Assembly (NCBI GenBank): GCA_964187785.1
Contig: OZ076409.1
Location: forward strand, 1,178,001 to 1,242,000
Source: Amphiscolops sp. MND2022
Taxonomy: Eukaryota
Reading direction: 5' to 3'
DNA length: 64,000 nucleotides
In this document: positions 1 to 11,479 of the stretch, one piece after another
Layout of the letters: the number at the start of each line of letters is the position of its first letter
How positions within the stretch are numbered: position 1 is the stretch's first letter
Notes under the pieces: model-generated
Told to the model about the DNA's origin: nothing
Seen by the model: the letters and a program-made list of their open reading frames with translations, nothing else
The model's database searches: none
Translations under genes and position numbers: made by a program

Positions 1-178
1 TTGTTTTGAAGTGTTCCTCACATCCGCCAGCATCAGGATGAGTTAAGGCAGCTAATTTTTTGTAATTACGCTTGATATCCTCAACGTCTGCGTCATCCTT
101 TACGAGAAGAAATCTCATACGGTGTGAACGGACGTTGGATGAGTTTTTTTTTGTTTCAGCTCCCTAATAATTTTTTCC
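1..178 (-). repeat. Partial second copy of J-domain gene 2 (runs off window start)
   Basis: 1-178 is near-identical to 3186-3363 and includes the LTHPDAGG codons. Confidence 0.9.
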
Positions 179-657
179 CAAAACAGCGTAAGAACAATTC
201 CAGCTCTTGCGCAACGGAAGATCCAGAAAATTAAGGCCATAAGAAACAAAATTTGCATGGATAATGAAGTATCTGCTAAGCATTGATCCAAGGGAAGCAC
301 GACATCTTGTAACTTAACCTTGGGAGGCCAAGGTATTCGAATTGAAGAGTTGCCAAGTATAGGATAATTTTCAGTATCTCCGAACAATACAGGGTAATCA
401 ATACATTGTAGTAGTATGACTGATAATAATATAACGAAAATGAACTGACACAAGGTGAAAAGTTCAGTCGTCGCAATACATAAAAACCCATTTCGCTGAT
501 GATAGAGGTATACTCGACGAAAGAAATCATCAAGATTTTCAACATGATGCCACGACTTCGCAATATCTGCAAAATAGGTCATATGGTCGTCACCAGGTAG
601 AGCCCCGGTGGTTTCATCCTCAGGGTAAGTGTCCAGCCGCTGATACTTGGTTCCCAT
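115..657 (-). pseudogene. ATG9: ATG9 N-terminal fragment (~160 aa) fused in frame to 20 aa of J-gene 2
   Basis: WHHVENLDDFFRRVYLYHQRNGF...CIDYPVLF matches the metazoan ATG9A N-terminus (WHHIENLDLFFSRVY...HQKNGF...CVDYDILF). Homology breaks at 178/179, after which the ORF ends EKIIRELKQKKTHPTSVHTV, as does ORF 3300-3692 (one residue differs). Confidence 0.85.
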
Positions 658-1966
658 TTCGAAGAGGTATCAATGCAAACAATCACATCCCCATTGCAAT
701 CTGAAACAGAACTATAGTTAAGAAGAAGAGATGCATTAACCTTCGGGATGTGGCAGTACAAATGACTTTCTATCATTGATTCCAGAACAAAGTAAATAGT
801 ATTTAAAAAATTGACACAGAAGAAAGGCAAGTGAGGATTGCAGAGTTATAATAATTAATCGATGCTTGCAATAAAGCCAGCCAACGCGTTTATAACATGC
901 TTGTTTTCGCAATTTAGCAAACCAACTAGCGTTTCTTCAATGTTTTGATTTTGAAGCTCCTTAATGAAACTCCTTCGGTGTTCTTGGTATGAGACACAGG
1001 AAAAAAAGAAATGTGCAGTATCATAGACAACTTTACAATAGGGAACTTTCCTAGGATATGGTGCAAGCATTTTCATGATGCTGTTTCTTACTTTAAGCCC
1101 TGAGTAATTTGAGTACATAAGACCTTGCTTCATTTCTCGTTGCCATAAGTGGGTGGGCGGAAATAGGTCGGAAGAAAATCAGAGTTAGTCCTCAGGTCGA
1201 CATACCAATTTTTGGAAGGGATCGAAACAACTTGGATCGAAATTTTTATAACGTAGTCAGATATGTTCACATACCCCTAGTGCCCTGAATGCAGGAGCGA
1301 AGCGAAGCGGAGCGACGTGCCATATGGCCATGCCTCAATGTTGCTACTTGGCAAAGGGAGCAAAGCGACCGAGCCATACATCAAATACGATAAAATTCGA
1401 CCGCATGCCATTCGATCCCTGCAATTCGATCAAAAGGTTCGACCTCTGTCCTGTAACGTCCTCAATACGAAAACGTGTTTATAGTAGAATTAATTCTATG
1501 TCCATATAGAAGAAATGTTTATTTGAATTTATGAATGTATTCAATGTGAGATATAGCTCTGGGAATTTCGACAATAGGCGAAAAGCAAATGACCAACTTC
1601 TCATATCGCTTGAATACCCTTTATCTTTATGATAGTCTGGCGAAGTCCGCAGATATCTGAAGGTTTTTATATTTTCTCAATACAGTCCGTCGAAACCCGA
1701 CGGTTTCTTACTTACTTTGGATACCTTACTGTCGAACCCCGACAGTTGGTTAACTTAGGATTGTCGATCCCCGACAACCCTTATTCGAATATGTCTGATA
1801 ACAATAATTTGTTTCTCATCGTAAATCTGTCCGAACGTGTGACGTTTATTCATTTTTAATTTTTCCAAAATTCTTTATATAGGTTTCCTATATTGCCCTC
1901 CTCTATAAGAGAGGTTATTCGCCGCTTAGAAGAAATAAACAAGCAAACATTAAAACACGCAAATCA

Positions 1967-2758
1967 TTAGTCTTTGCTGTTGTTTTTAAAACTGAGAAAC
2001 TCCTCTGCCGCCTCACATCCCTCAGCTTCGTATCGGAGTCTTGCCTCGGGGTCACTTAGTATCCGATGTGCCCTCTGAAGCCGAAAAAACACGTCGTAGG
2101 AGCCTCCATGATCTGGGTTGCAGAACAGGCTGAGTTTTTTAAATCTTTTTGCAATGGTCTCGACTGAAGCATTGGATGACACCATAAGTTGGTCGTACAG
2201 CGTCAGCTTGTCGCCCATTTTGAAGGTTTCTCTGGTTTCCAGTTCACTTTCGAGACCATTGACAGCTTCCCCCTGCAATTGCAGCTCCTCCACCAATATT
2301 TGTTCTTGACTGCGACTCTCCTCTATTGCAGTTATCTCTGCAGCATAGTCAGCTTCAATGCTGTCCACTTGTCGCCCCAATTTCTTCGACGTTTCCTTGT
2401 ACTCAGTCAAGGATTGTTGCCGCTGATTTGCTGCCTCCTTCCAGAGATGTAGTTGGCCGTCACTGATGTCTGCTTTCTTCTGCCAACTGAGGATCTCAGC
2501 TTTGAGAGCATCCAGTTGATAAACAACAGATTGCCGTTCCGTTATCAGTTCAGCATTTTTGTTTCGCAGTACTGACAGTCCTTCGTCGTCAATCTCAGCT
2601 CTTCTAACCAGCGTCACTGGATAGAGGGTGTCAACTGCCGCAACTTTCCGAGTTTTGCTGACAAGGCCTTCCACCCGGAACACTCCATAAGGCATCTGAG
2701 ACTTCACCACAAAAACCTCAGGCAGGTAGTAAACGATGTCCCCAGCTGAAGGATGCAT
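1967..2758 (-). CDS. J-domain protein 1: N-terminal domain + coiled coil + C-terminal J domain (NPD instead of HPD), 263 aa
   Basis: Intact ORF. LYDQLMVSSNASVETIAKRFKKLSLFCNPDHGGS..FFRLQRAHRILSDPEARLRYE is a J-domain pattern, preceded by a heptad-rich middle region. Confidence 0.8.
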   Translation of the reverse strand: MHPSAGDIVYYLPEVFVVKSQMPYGVFRVEGLVSKTRKVAAVDTLYPVTLVRRAEIDDEGLSVLRNKNAELITERQSVVYQLDALKAEILSWQKKADISDGQLHLWKEAANQRQQSLTEYKETSKKLGRQVDSIEADYAAEITAIEESRSQEQILVEELQLQGEAVNGLESELETRETFKMGDKLTLYDQLMVSSNASVETIAKRFKKLSLFCNPDHGGSYDVFFRLQRAHRILSDPEARLRYEAEGCEAAEEFLSFKNNSKD

Positions 2759-3072
2759 GCTTAAACACCAAAATCAGCACCACAATTGAGTATAAATGTA
2801 TAGTTACTGCACCTAAAACAATTGAGACGGTGCAGAGCGATGCCCGCTAGACATGGAATTTGTCGAAGTCGACATGTTCATTATCAAATGATTCAATCAA
2901 CAGGTGACTCTCACCTTGTCTCTTTTTTTTTTATAGTGAACACACTTTAGTTACCCCCTTTTTAAGTGATTCCCACCTAGAGAACTTTGTGTCAGTTTTT
3001 TTATTATGATGAATATTATTTTTAAAAAATCAAAAGTACGAAAAGAAATATAAAGTTAACAGTTCATTTCAG

Positions 3073-3779
3073 TTAGTCACTCCAATTAGCTCTCCGGGTT
3101 AACTCTTCTTCTGTCCTCTCTAACTTGAATGTGTCGTATATGTTTCTTGCATTCTGGTTACTCACTATAAGATACGCCCTATGGATTGTTTTGAAGTGTT
3201 CCTCACATCCGCCAGCATCAGGATGAGTTAAGGCAGCTAATTTTTTGTAATTACGCTTGATATCCTCAACGTCTGCGTCATCCTTTACGAGAAGAAATCT
3301 CATACGGTGTGAACGGACGTTGGATGAGGTTTTTTTTGTTTCAGCTCCCTAATAATTTTTTCCGTTACTCTGGCTTTGTTTCTCTCGCTCTTCACAAGTA
3401 TCTTTTGGCACTCGAGATCTTCCCCCAGCCTTCGTATTTTTTCTCGCTGCACTCTGTTGTCGAACTCAAGTTCGAGAATTTTCCTCCGCTGCTCTTCTTG
3501 CTCCCCGTTGATATGCTTCTCCCCAGACTGGAGTTGTTCCTCCAACGATTCAATTTTGAATATCGCCATATCCAGTTCCTGTCGGAGACCGATCAGTTGT
3601 GGATTAGTAACATCTGCCCTGTTTTTGATGTTGGCGGCAGCGAGCGTGTCTTTGGTGGCAACTTTCCGATGCCTGGAAATACATCCCTGCACTCTGTAAA
3701 GTCCTGGAGATACCTACGTTTTCATTTGATACAGTTCAGGAAGGTAGTAGACGTATTCATTTACTCGTCCTCCTCCCAT
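3073..3779 (-). pseudogene. J-domain protein 2, paralog of 1967-2758, with intact HPD but disrupted frame
   Basis: ATG at 3779 gives MGGGRVNEYVYYLPELYQMKT*VSPGLYRVQGCISRHRKVA (TAG 3714-3716), paralogous to IVYYLPEVFVVKSQMPYGVFRVEGLVSKTRKVA. Frame break near 3300-3340, then IKRNYKKLAALTHPDAGG. Confidence 0.8.
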
Positions 3780-4016
3780 CTCTGAACAAAAAAATTCAAC
3801 CAGCATGTTTTCAATTTCAATTTGGAATATTTATACGCTGCTAATTTACACTGCGTTTTCATGTGCATTTGATTGCTCTACTTCAGCATGCTCTCCCTTA
3901 AGACTCTTGATTTCAGCAAGGTACTTATTATACTCGTAAAACGGGTGGAAAGGTTGTAAAGCGAACCTGGTGGTTGTTCCTAGCTTCTTAAGTTGTATCA
4001 TGAAAAAAAAATTGTA

Positions 4017-4632
4017 TTAAAATCTGAAAAGCGTACCGCAAAGCATCAAAGTCAACATAGATAGCGCGATTTCTCTCGCTATCCACCATACAAACAACGT
4101 TTCTCTTTTTACGTTCTCAAAACACTGGAGAACGCTCCAGCTGAAACACAGCTGTCTACTTGGCAAATTCAGATGAAAGTATTCTGCATGGCCGTATTCT
4201 CCTCGTGGACCTAAGTAAACTTCCCGTCCTGTGACTTTAGTTCGACTGTGCTTCAATGCCCTTGCTCTGCTACTCCTCCACAGATCCTCCATCGTGAAAA
4301 GTCCGTTTTCTTTGAGCCCTACGATCTCGTGGGGTCATTTCACGTCTAGTATCATGGAAAAATGGTGTTGGTTCCACTTTGGCTCTTTCTATTCTTTTCC
4401 CGTATGTTATCCACGTACCGTTTGCCAACTTCAGTAAATTGGGATAAATAGGGTTGCATTCAGTCATTGTGTAGTTAGTAAAGAAAACTAGTGTAATCGG
4501 ATGCATGTATCTTATTACAGAGTTTCCGTCTCCACCTAGGCGTACTGGTACCTCTTCAGTGCAAAAGGTGTCTTCGATCACCATTACTTCCATTTTTGCG
4601 GATCGATGCATCGATCCCACCCTTGTCACCAC
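4017..4632 (-). pseudogene. Unidentified ORF region after the PBS (partly duplicated at ~5268-5589)
   Basis: Overlapping 120-aa and 91-aa ORFs with no recognisable motif. Confidence 0.35.
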
Positions 4633-5569
4633 TGTAACGTCCTCAATACGAAAACGTGGTTATAAAAGAATTCATTCTATGTCCAGATAGAAGAAAAGTT
4701 TATTTGAATTAGTGAATGTATTCAATGTGAGATATAGCTCTAGGAATTTTGACAATAGGCGAAAAGCAAATGGCCAACTTCTTATATCGCTTAAATACCC
4801 TTTGTCTTTATGATAGTCTGGCGAAGTCCGCCGATATCTGAACGTTTTTATGTTTTCTCAATACAGTCCGTCGAAACCCGACGGTTTCTTACTTACTTTG
4901 GATATGTCTTCGAATATGTCTGATAACAAAAATTTGTTTCTCATCGTAAATCTGTCCGAACGTTTGACGTTTATGCATTTTTAATTTTTCCAAAATTCTT
5001 TATATAGGTTTCCTATATTGCCCTCCTCTATAAGAGAGGTTATTCGCCGCTTAGAAGAAATAAACAAGCAAACATTAAAACACGCAAATCATTAGTCTTT
5101 GCTGTTGTTTGTAAAACTGAGAAACTCCTCTGCCGCCTCACATCCCTCAGCTTCGTATCGGAGTCTTGCCTCGGGGTCACTTAGTATCCGATGTGCCCTC
5201 TGAAGCCGAACAAACACGTTGTAGGAGCCTCCATGATCTGGGTTGCAGAACAGGCTGCAACTACTTCTTTGAGCCCTACGATCTCGTGGGGTCATTTCAC
5301 GTCTAGTATCATGGAAAAATGGTGTTGGTTCCACTTTGGCTCTTTCTATTCTTTTCCCGTATGTTATCCACGTACCGTTTGCCAACTTCAGTAAATTGGG
5401 ATAAATAGGGTTGCATTCAGTCATTGTGTAGTTAGTAAAGAAAACTAGTGTAATCGGATGCATGTATCTTATTACAGAGTTTCCGTCTCCACCTAGGCGT
5501 ACTGGTACCTCTTCAGTGCAAAAGGTGTCTTCGATCACCATTACTTCCATTTTTGCGGATCGATGCATC

Positions 5570-5588
5570 GATCCCACCCTTGTCACCA
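5570..5588 (-). promoter_or_regulatory. Primer-binding site, tRNA-Leu type
   Basis: TGGTGACAAGGGTGGGATC begins 1 nt after the LTR end and resembles the complement of tRNA-Leu 3' ends (TGGTGTCAGGAGTGGGATT / TGGTGGCAGCGGTGGGATT). Confidence 0.75.
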
Positions 5589-6326
5589 CTGTAACGTCCT
5601 CAATACGAAAACGTGGTTATAAAAGAATTCATTCTATGTCCAGATAGAAGAAAAGTTTATTTGAATTAGTGAATGTATTCAATGTGAGATATAGCTCTAG
5701 GAATTTTGACAATAGGCGAAAAGCAAATGGCCAACTTCTTATATCGCTTAAATACCCTTTGTCTTTATGATAGTCTGGCGAAGTCCGCCGATATCTGAAC
5801 GTTTTTATGTTTTCTCAATACAGTCCGTCGAAACCCGACGGTTTCTTACTTACTTTGGATATCTTACTGTCGAACCCCGACAGTTGGTTAACCTAGGATT
5901 GTCGATCCCCGACAACCCTTATTCGAATATGTCTGATAACAATAATTTGATTCTCATCGTAAATCTGTCCGAACGTTTGACGTTTAATCGTTTTTAGTTT
6001 TTCCAAAACTCCTTTTATAGGTTTCTTATATTTCTTTCGACCAGAAAAATTCGACCTATTTACATCCACCAGCCATAAGTGCCTGCAATACACACCCACC
6101 TCCTTCTTAGAAGTACTGACTGAGGATTGTCTAGCATATTGTATATATATTACCTTAGTTTCATCAGGGTCACGATTTACAATTGTAAGTTTGTGTACCA
6201 AAAATAATCTCACCATAGTAATATGTTGGGGTATGATTGCTAAACTACCTGGGTTTAAAATATCTGTACTTCTAGCAGTTGAATGTAAAAACAATAATAC
6301 TTGATTAGTGTAGAGTAGACAAGGAG

Positions 6327-6880
6327 ATTACCAGTCACTTGGCTTAGTACCATTTGACTTAATTTTTTCGTTGAGTCATTTGGCCTAAAAATTTTAGGCC
6401 AAGTGGCCACAAAATTTAGCCAACTCAATTCCAACTCAAGGAGTAAATATGTCAACTCCCGGAAATATCATAATGTGGGGCATATGCGGTGTATGCACGC
6501 TCGCCCTCACCGTTGCAAAGACCAGCTCCCACTACGATCACTTCGCAGTCTTCGTTGCCGCTAGGTCTTTGCTCTTGTTCGACCTCGCTTAGCAAGATGG
6601 TAATATAAACGGCCCCAAGGGGCCGCAGGGCACTAGAGGAAATGGGGATATATCCGAGGGTACTTGATATGACATGTTATAATAATACGCTGACTACGTT
6701 AAAAAGATAAATTCGACAAAATCTGCCACGTGTTTTCAACTAAGTGGGTTTAAGTCAAATGACTTTAAGCCAAGTGACCAATACCCGAGACACTTAGCTT
6801 AAAAAATTAAGCCAAGTGACCATTTGTATTAAACCAAATGACTTTAAGCCAAATGGCATTAAGCCAAGTGCCCATTTACC
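6327..6880. mobile_element. MULE/Foldback-like MITE with modular subterminal repeats
   Basis: TSD GACAAGGAG at 6318-6326 and 6881-6889. Arms are built from inverted CACTTGGCTTAA / TTAAGCCAAGTG units. Confidence 0.8.
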
Positions 6881-6889
6881 GACAAGGAG

Positions 6890-9800
6890 GCCAAGTATTG
6901 CTTAAAACACTAACTACGTGTTTCGATACTTGTTAGTTTCTTATCCCAAAGATAGCTTTGTGAACACTATAACACATTTTGTCCAGAGATGTCATATTTT
7001 GATGCAACCAATGGTAATACAGTACGTGACACGTGGTTCGACATATGAATCAAAGATACGTACAGCGTAAAATGGATTTAATCCTTGCGTTATAAGTATA
7101 CTAGTTTCTTTCCAGAAAATAATCATTGAGGCAGAGATAATGGGAGCATGTGTTTTGAAACTCAAATCGCGTTCAAACCATAAGCCAAGTATTTTACTTC
7201 CCTCAACAAGTTTTTAGTCGGACTGAAATACTTCTTTTGAGAAATTTACATGTTCAGTTTGGTCTTTATTCAGCACCAGCTTCCATTTGTATGTGTAGTT
7301 TTTCGCCTTTTCTAAAGATGTGCTTAGGCTTTCTTTGCTTGAAAGAGAAGTACTGTCATCTGCATACTTATATGTGTAGTCCGCATCTTGGAGGAAGCCC
7401 TTCATATTGAATTCAAACAAAAGTGGTGACAGTACAGCCCCTTGAGGTAAACTATTAGAAAGGACAAATGACATGTCGATATAATCATTGACTTGAATAC
7501 TGACATTCCAATTTGATAAAAAATCTTTTTATAGCAGCTAACATTTAGGCCACTGTTTATTAGCTTGCTTAGCAATAAAGTTTGATCTACGGAATCAAAA
7601 ACTTCCTCTAGATCATATACTGGTGCTATTGGTAAGTTTTTCATTGCTAAGATATCATCATATAATTTGTATAAGTAGTGCAAAGTTGATTTGCCTGGCT
7701 GAAAACCAAATTGTTGTTCATCAATGTCGAGGATATCTGATGATATTAGATTTCTGGCTATCACTCGTTCAACTACTTTTCTTAAATGTGATGTAAGTGA
7801 AATAGGTCTCCATGAAGATGGATTAGAATATTCAGTTTTGCCAGATGTTTTCAAGAATTTGACTATGGTTTTATCAAATGGCCAAATCCCCATAAAGAAT
7901 GCACTGTTTATCAAGTGCAAACATATGCTAATGGTGTTAAATTTGAATTTCTTTAATAGTTTAGGGTGAAGGCCATAAGGATCCACTCCCTTGGTCTTTG
8001 TCTTCATTTTCTTCATGGCTTGTTTAAGTTCATTCATTGCAATACGCATGTTTAGATCATTCTTGGCCTTCTTCTTGTAATAAATCCCAACGGTGTGAGA
8101 TAACTTCTTTTTCACTTCTACTTTTGTTTTTTCATAAAAATTTGTTTTTTCAATTTGTTTACCAGTCAGGTGTGCGCCTTCGAAGAATGTCGTTGAAAGA
8201 GCGCAGCTTTATGACAATCCTTTTCCAGTGTCGTACCATTGTGACGAAGTACTCCTATGATATTTAAGTCCATTGAACCATTGAATTTCCAGATATTATC
8301 GAAAAAGGTTTTTGAGTTTCCCTCATTCTTTTGTATGATGCAATTTTGCGCCCAACGGGTAATATTTATTTTCATTTCCTTTTTGAATTCGATTTTAGCC
8401 ATTTCATCAATGTTTCTGTTTTTCGGGTTACATTGGAGTCTATATTTTTTGCTACTTCTTTCAATTGTTTTGATAAGTGAGTCAATTTTTTGCTCCAGTA
8501 TGGTTTAGAATATTTACAAAAGTGTTTTCCGTGGAATCGAATTTTCACAAACTCCTCTCACTTGGCCCATAAATGTTAGGAGAGCTTTCGTAGGTGCTTC
8601 CGTTATGATGCTATCAATGTTTTCCACCATAATATTGTCCAGTTGTATACTTATTTCTTCCCAATTTGCCATTTTGTAGTTTAGCACACACCGTTTTGGA
8701 TTATCATTTATCACAGGAATATCTATATCAAATAGAACAGGCCAATGACTTTGCTCTGGAGCACCAGAGAAGAATTCGATATCTTCGATCACTCGTGCAT
8801 TGCATACCAGATTAGAGCAATTTTGTTCAGTGATGCAAAAATCGACTATGCTGCTACCTTTTTTGCTTGCTGGGACAAAAGTGGGCTGGTGAGGGCTTAT
8901 TATAGAAAGACTATTGTCGGCACAGTTGTCGGCGAGTAAATTACCATATTTAATTTCTAATTTATCACCCCATAGCGGATGCCTCGAATTCCAATCTCTG
9001 AAGATTTTTTATCCGGTTTTATTTTCATTTTTGCATAACGTATACGCTTCAGCTCAGCCAGAACATCTGTGGCGCTTTCGATGTTTTCAGTGATTCCTAA
9101 ATGTACGTTTATTGATCCCAGCAAAAATGACCTCTTTTCAATGGAGAGTGCTGCAAAACTTCTCTGGGTGTTATTTTCACTTCATAGGAGTTTAATAGTG
9201 TGTGTATGAGCAAGGAGCAACCAAGTTTGTCCGAATGGGCGCGGTAGATGTCGTAGTTACCAAAACCCTAAAGTTTTCTATGACTTTCAGAGACCGTAAT
9301 AACTTTTATGTTGTTGTCGTTTATATATTTATCCATAGCAATACACGAGTGAGGGGAGAGAACAGCAGTTTTTATAGTCATAGCCAAGAGAAATGGTTTC
9401 ATCACGAGTTGACTCAGTTCAACCTTTTCCACATTTCCTGGTACATTTCGAAGAATTCATCAAATGTTGTGTGATCGTTGCCGCAGTTCACACAGTAGAT
9501 TTCATTTGGTGGGATACAATATTTCGCATGTTCATGTTCTTCCTGGCACACATATTCTTTATGACGGTTTTTGGGTGCTCGTAGCCACAGATGGCACACC
9601 ACGATTTCGTTTTTACAAATTTTGGAAACATGGCTACCACATTGTTGACAGTTGAAACATTGAATAGTCCGTTTGGTGATACGATTTAGGTCCATCTTGA
9701 AGTACATATATTCTAGCATAATTCCATTTTGGAGATAATTGTTAAACGTGCAGTCTTTCAGGAAAACTAGTTCCACTAAAGGTATGGCCTTTCCGCCTTT

Positions 9801-10540
9801 GATATATCGGATCACTTGAATTTCTTCCTCTTTTTCGCCAGCTAATTCATTCTTGATGTCATCAGTGGAAATTTCAAGCGGCACATATCACCACTTGTTT
9901 CTCACTCTAGTGCAACAGTCTTTGTTGGTAAATAATAGTACAATCTTCCCAAGCTTGTTGATAGAAAAGAAATCCAGTTTGATACCGGGGAAATGAGTAT
10001 ATAGTTTAGTAATACAATGGAAGGAAACATATCATCATCTATTGTGCAAGAAATGTATAGCGTTTGTTTTTCAGGATATTTACGATTATCAGTGCTAGTT
10101 TCATTTACATTAGTATTGGTTTTTCTGAAACTTTGGATGCACAAAAAGGTTTATTGGTATTAAACGAGGTTACTAATCTTTTATATCTTCAATGTCCTTC
10201 TTCATTTCTAGATTGCTAAACACACACTTGAGACGATCATCTACATTGTCCAGACACCAACCACAGAACCACTTGCAGGCGTCGATCTCTCCGATTACTT
10301 TTAATTGCTTCAAGGACAAACTCGAACAATCTTCATGAAACCATATAGAGCACATGTCACACATTATTGCTAATAGACCATTTAGGACCTCCACATCACA
10401 CTTCTTGCAAACGCTTTCCGATGCCTCGTCAATTTTTGTATATTCTGCATTGTGATTCTCCCCGTCATCTTCGGCCGATCTCTTAAATCCACTAGGGCTT
10501 CTTCTTATCGGCACACCACCATATCTCATCTATTTAATAA
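6890..10540 (-). mobile_element. Degraded near-full-length LINE (I/Jockey/Nimb-like): ORF1 with PHD + Zn knuckles, APE endonuclease, RT
   Basis: PHD CKKC..CDMCSIWFHEDC..CGWC (10173-10529); QCFNCQQCGSHVSKIC and CVNCGNDH; DWNSRHPLWGD (~8960-9000); WRPISLTS, QFGFQPGKST, LPQGAVLSP, YADD. Many frameshifts. Confidence 0.85.
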
Positions 10541-10599
10541 GTTTATCAGAGCAATTAGGTTGCTCCTTTTGGGGAGTGTCTGAATGAATCTGAGAGTGT

Positions 10600-11110
10600 C
10601 TTTAAAGATTGATTCATTTCTTACAAACATGTCCCAGGTGTCTTTTTCGATAAGTTTCGATCTGTTGGGATAAGGGGCTGAAATTTGTGAGGGTATAGAG
10701 TACTTCGTTTTGGATTTTCCTCGGACAGTAGATGTTCAAAACCTTCCTGAAATGTTTTTTTTTGAATCACACCTAGTTTGTTTGTGACTACTTTATTTGA
10801 GAACCAGGTTGAGCTGTTATAGATCATCATAGGTCTGATAATACATTGTATATGTATGTTTTCAAGGCACTGTTGTTTTATGGATTTTTCCACAGATTTG
10901 CATAATCCTTTAAAGCCACCTGGCAGAGATTATCGCTCCGATCAAAATCCGCTATATCATCCAGTAGCGATCCTAATTTTTTTAAACTTTACTGAGGTTT
11001 GAGTCAGCCCCCATCAAGGTAATTTCAGTTTTATCTTGGTTGATGTGGAGATTAAACTCATTGAACACTTTTTTTTACTCCGGATGAGAAGTGTGATGTC
11101 TTCTCAGGAT
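10600..11110 (-). mobile_element. LINE ORF2 C-terminal fragment
   Basis: Post-RT motif CIIRPMMIYNSSTW. Confidence 0.55.
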
Positions 11111-11159
11111 ACTTTATGTCCGAAATCTACAACAAAGGAGTTTTGGTATAGTGTATATA

Positions 11160-11420
11160 TAATGTGAGGAACCATATTACGGTGGAATTCCTGTCATCGA
11201 AATTGAACCTTCGTCCTAGCGTCGAAGTCACATTGCCGCACGACTTTTGTCGAAGTAATTGCGTCGATACAAGTAGTAAATCACCAAAAAACATTTGCGT
11301 CGCAAATAACGATGTCTTTGGCCCTCGAATAAACCCCAATTTCCTCTAGGGCCCCGCGGCCCCTCGGGGCCGCTTTTGTTCCCATCTTGCTAAACGAGGT
11401 CGAACAGGAGCAAAGACCTG
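11160..11420 (-). repeat. Dispersed repeat core
   Basis: Reverse complement aligns with ~15245-15500 and in part with 6563-6660. Confidence 0.75.
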
Positions 11421-11479
11421 ACGAATATTTAAATACAGGTACCACATACACATATACCACATACCAGATACACAGGTAA

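Larger units (their letters stand above)
1452..6030 (-). mobile_element. Non-autonomous LTR retroelement with three LTRs carrying J-domain genes
   Basis: 441-bp direct repeats at 1452-1892 and 5590-6030, plus a deleted 385-bp copy at 4633-5017. On the minus strand each LTR ends ...GTTACA. PBS TGGTGACAAGGGTGGGATC follows two LTRs (5570-5588, 4613-4631). PPT AGAGGAGGG at 1896-1904. No gag or pol motifs seen. Confidence 0.8.
1151..6071. mobile_element. MULE-like MITE (~340 bp when empty) interrupted by an LTR element
   Basis: TSD GCCATAAGT at 1142-1150 and 6072-6080. Imperfect TIRs GGGTGGGCGGAAATAGGTCG and (rc) TGGTGGATGTAAATAGGTCG. Core 1248-1386 recurs at 15711-15842 and 40836-40974. Confidence 0.75.

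Noticed and set aside
855..1133. 92-aa ORF upstream of ATG9
   Set aside because: No recognisable motif.
1151..6071. Pack-MULE capture of the J genes
   Set aside because: The cargo is bounded by LTRs with a PBS and PPT, so an LTR element nested in a MITE explains it better.
6610..6640. Hairpin GGCCCCAAGGGGCC plus CTAG as a Helitron 3' end
   Set aside because: Homology with 11335-11418 and ~15300 continues beyond the CTAG, so it is not a terminus.
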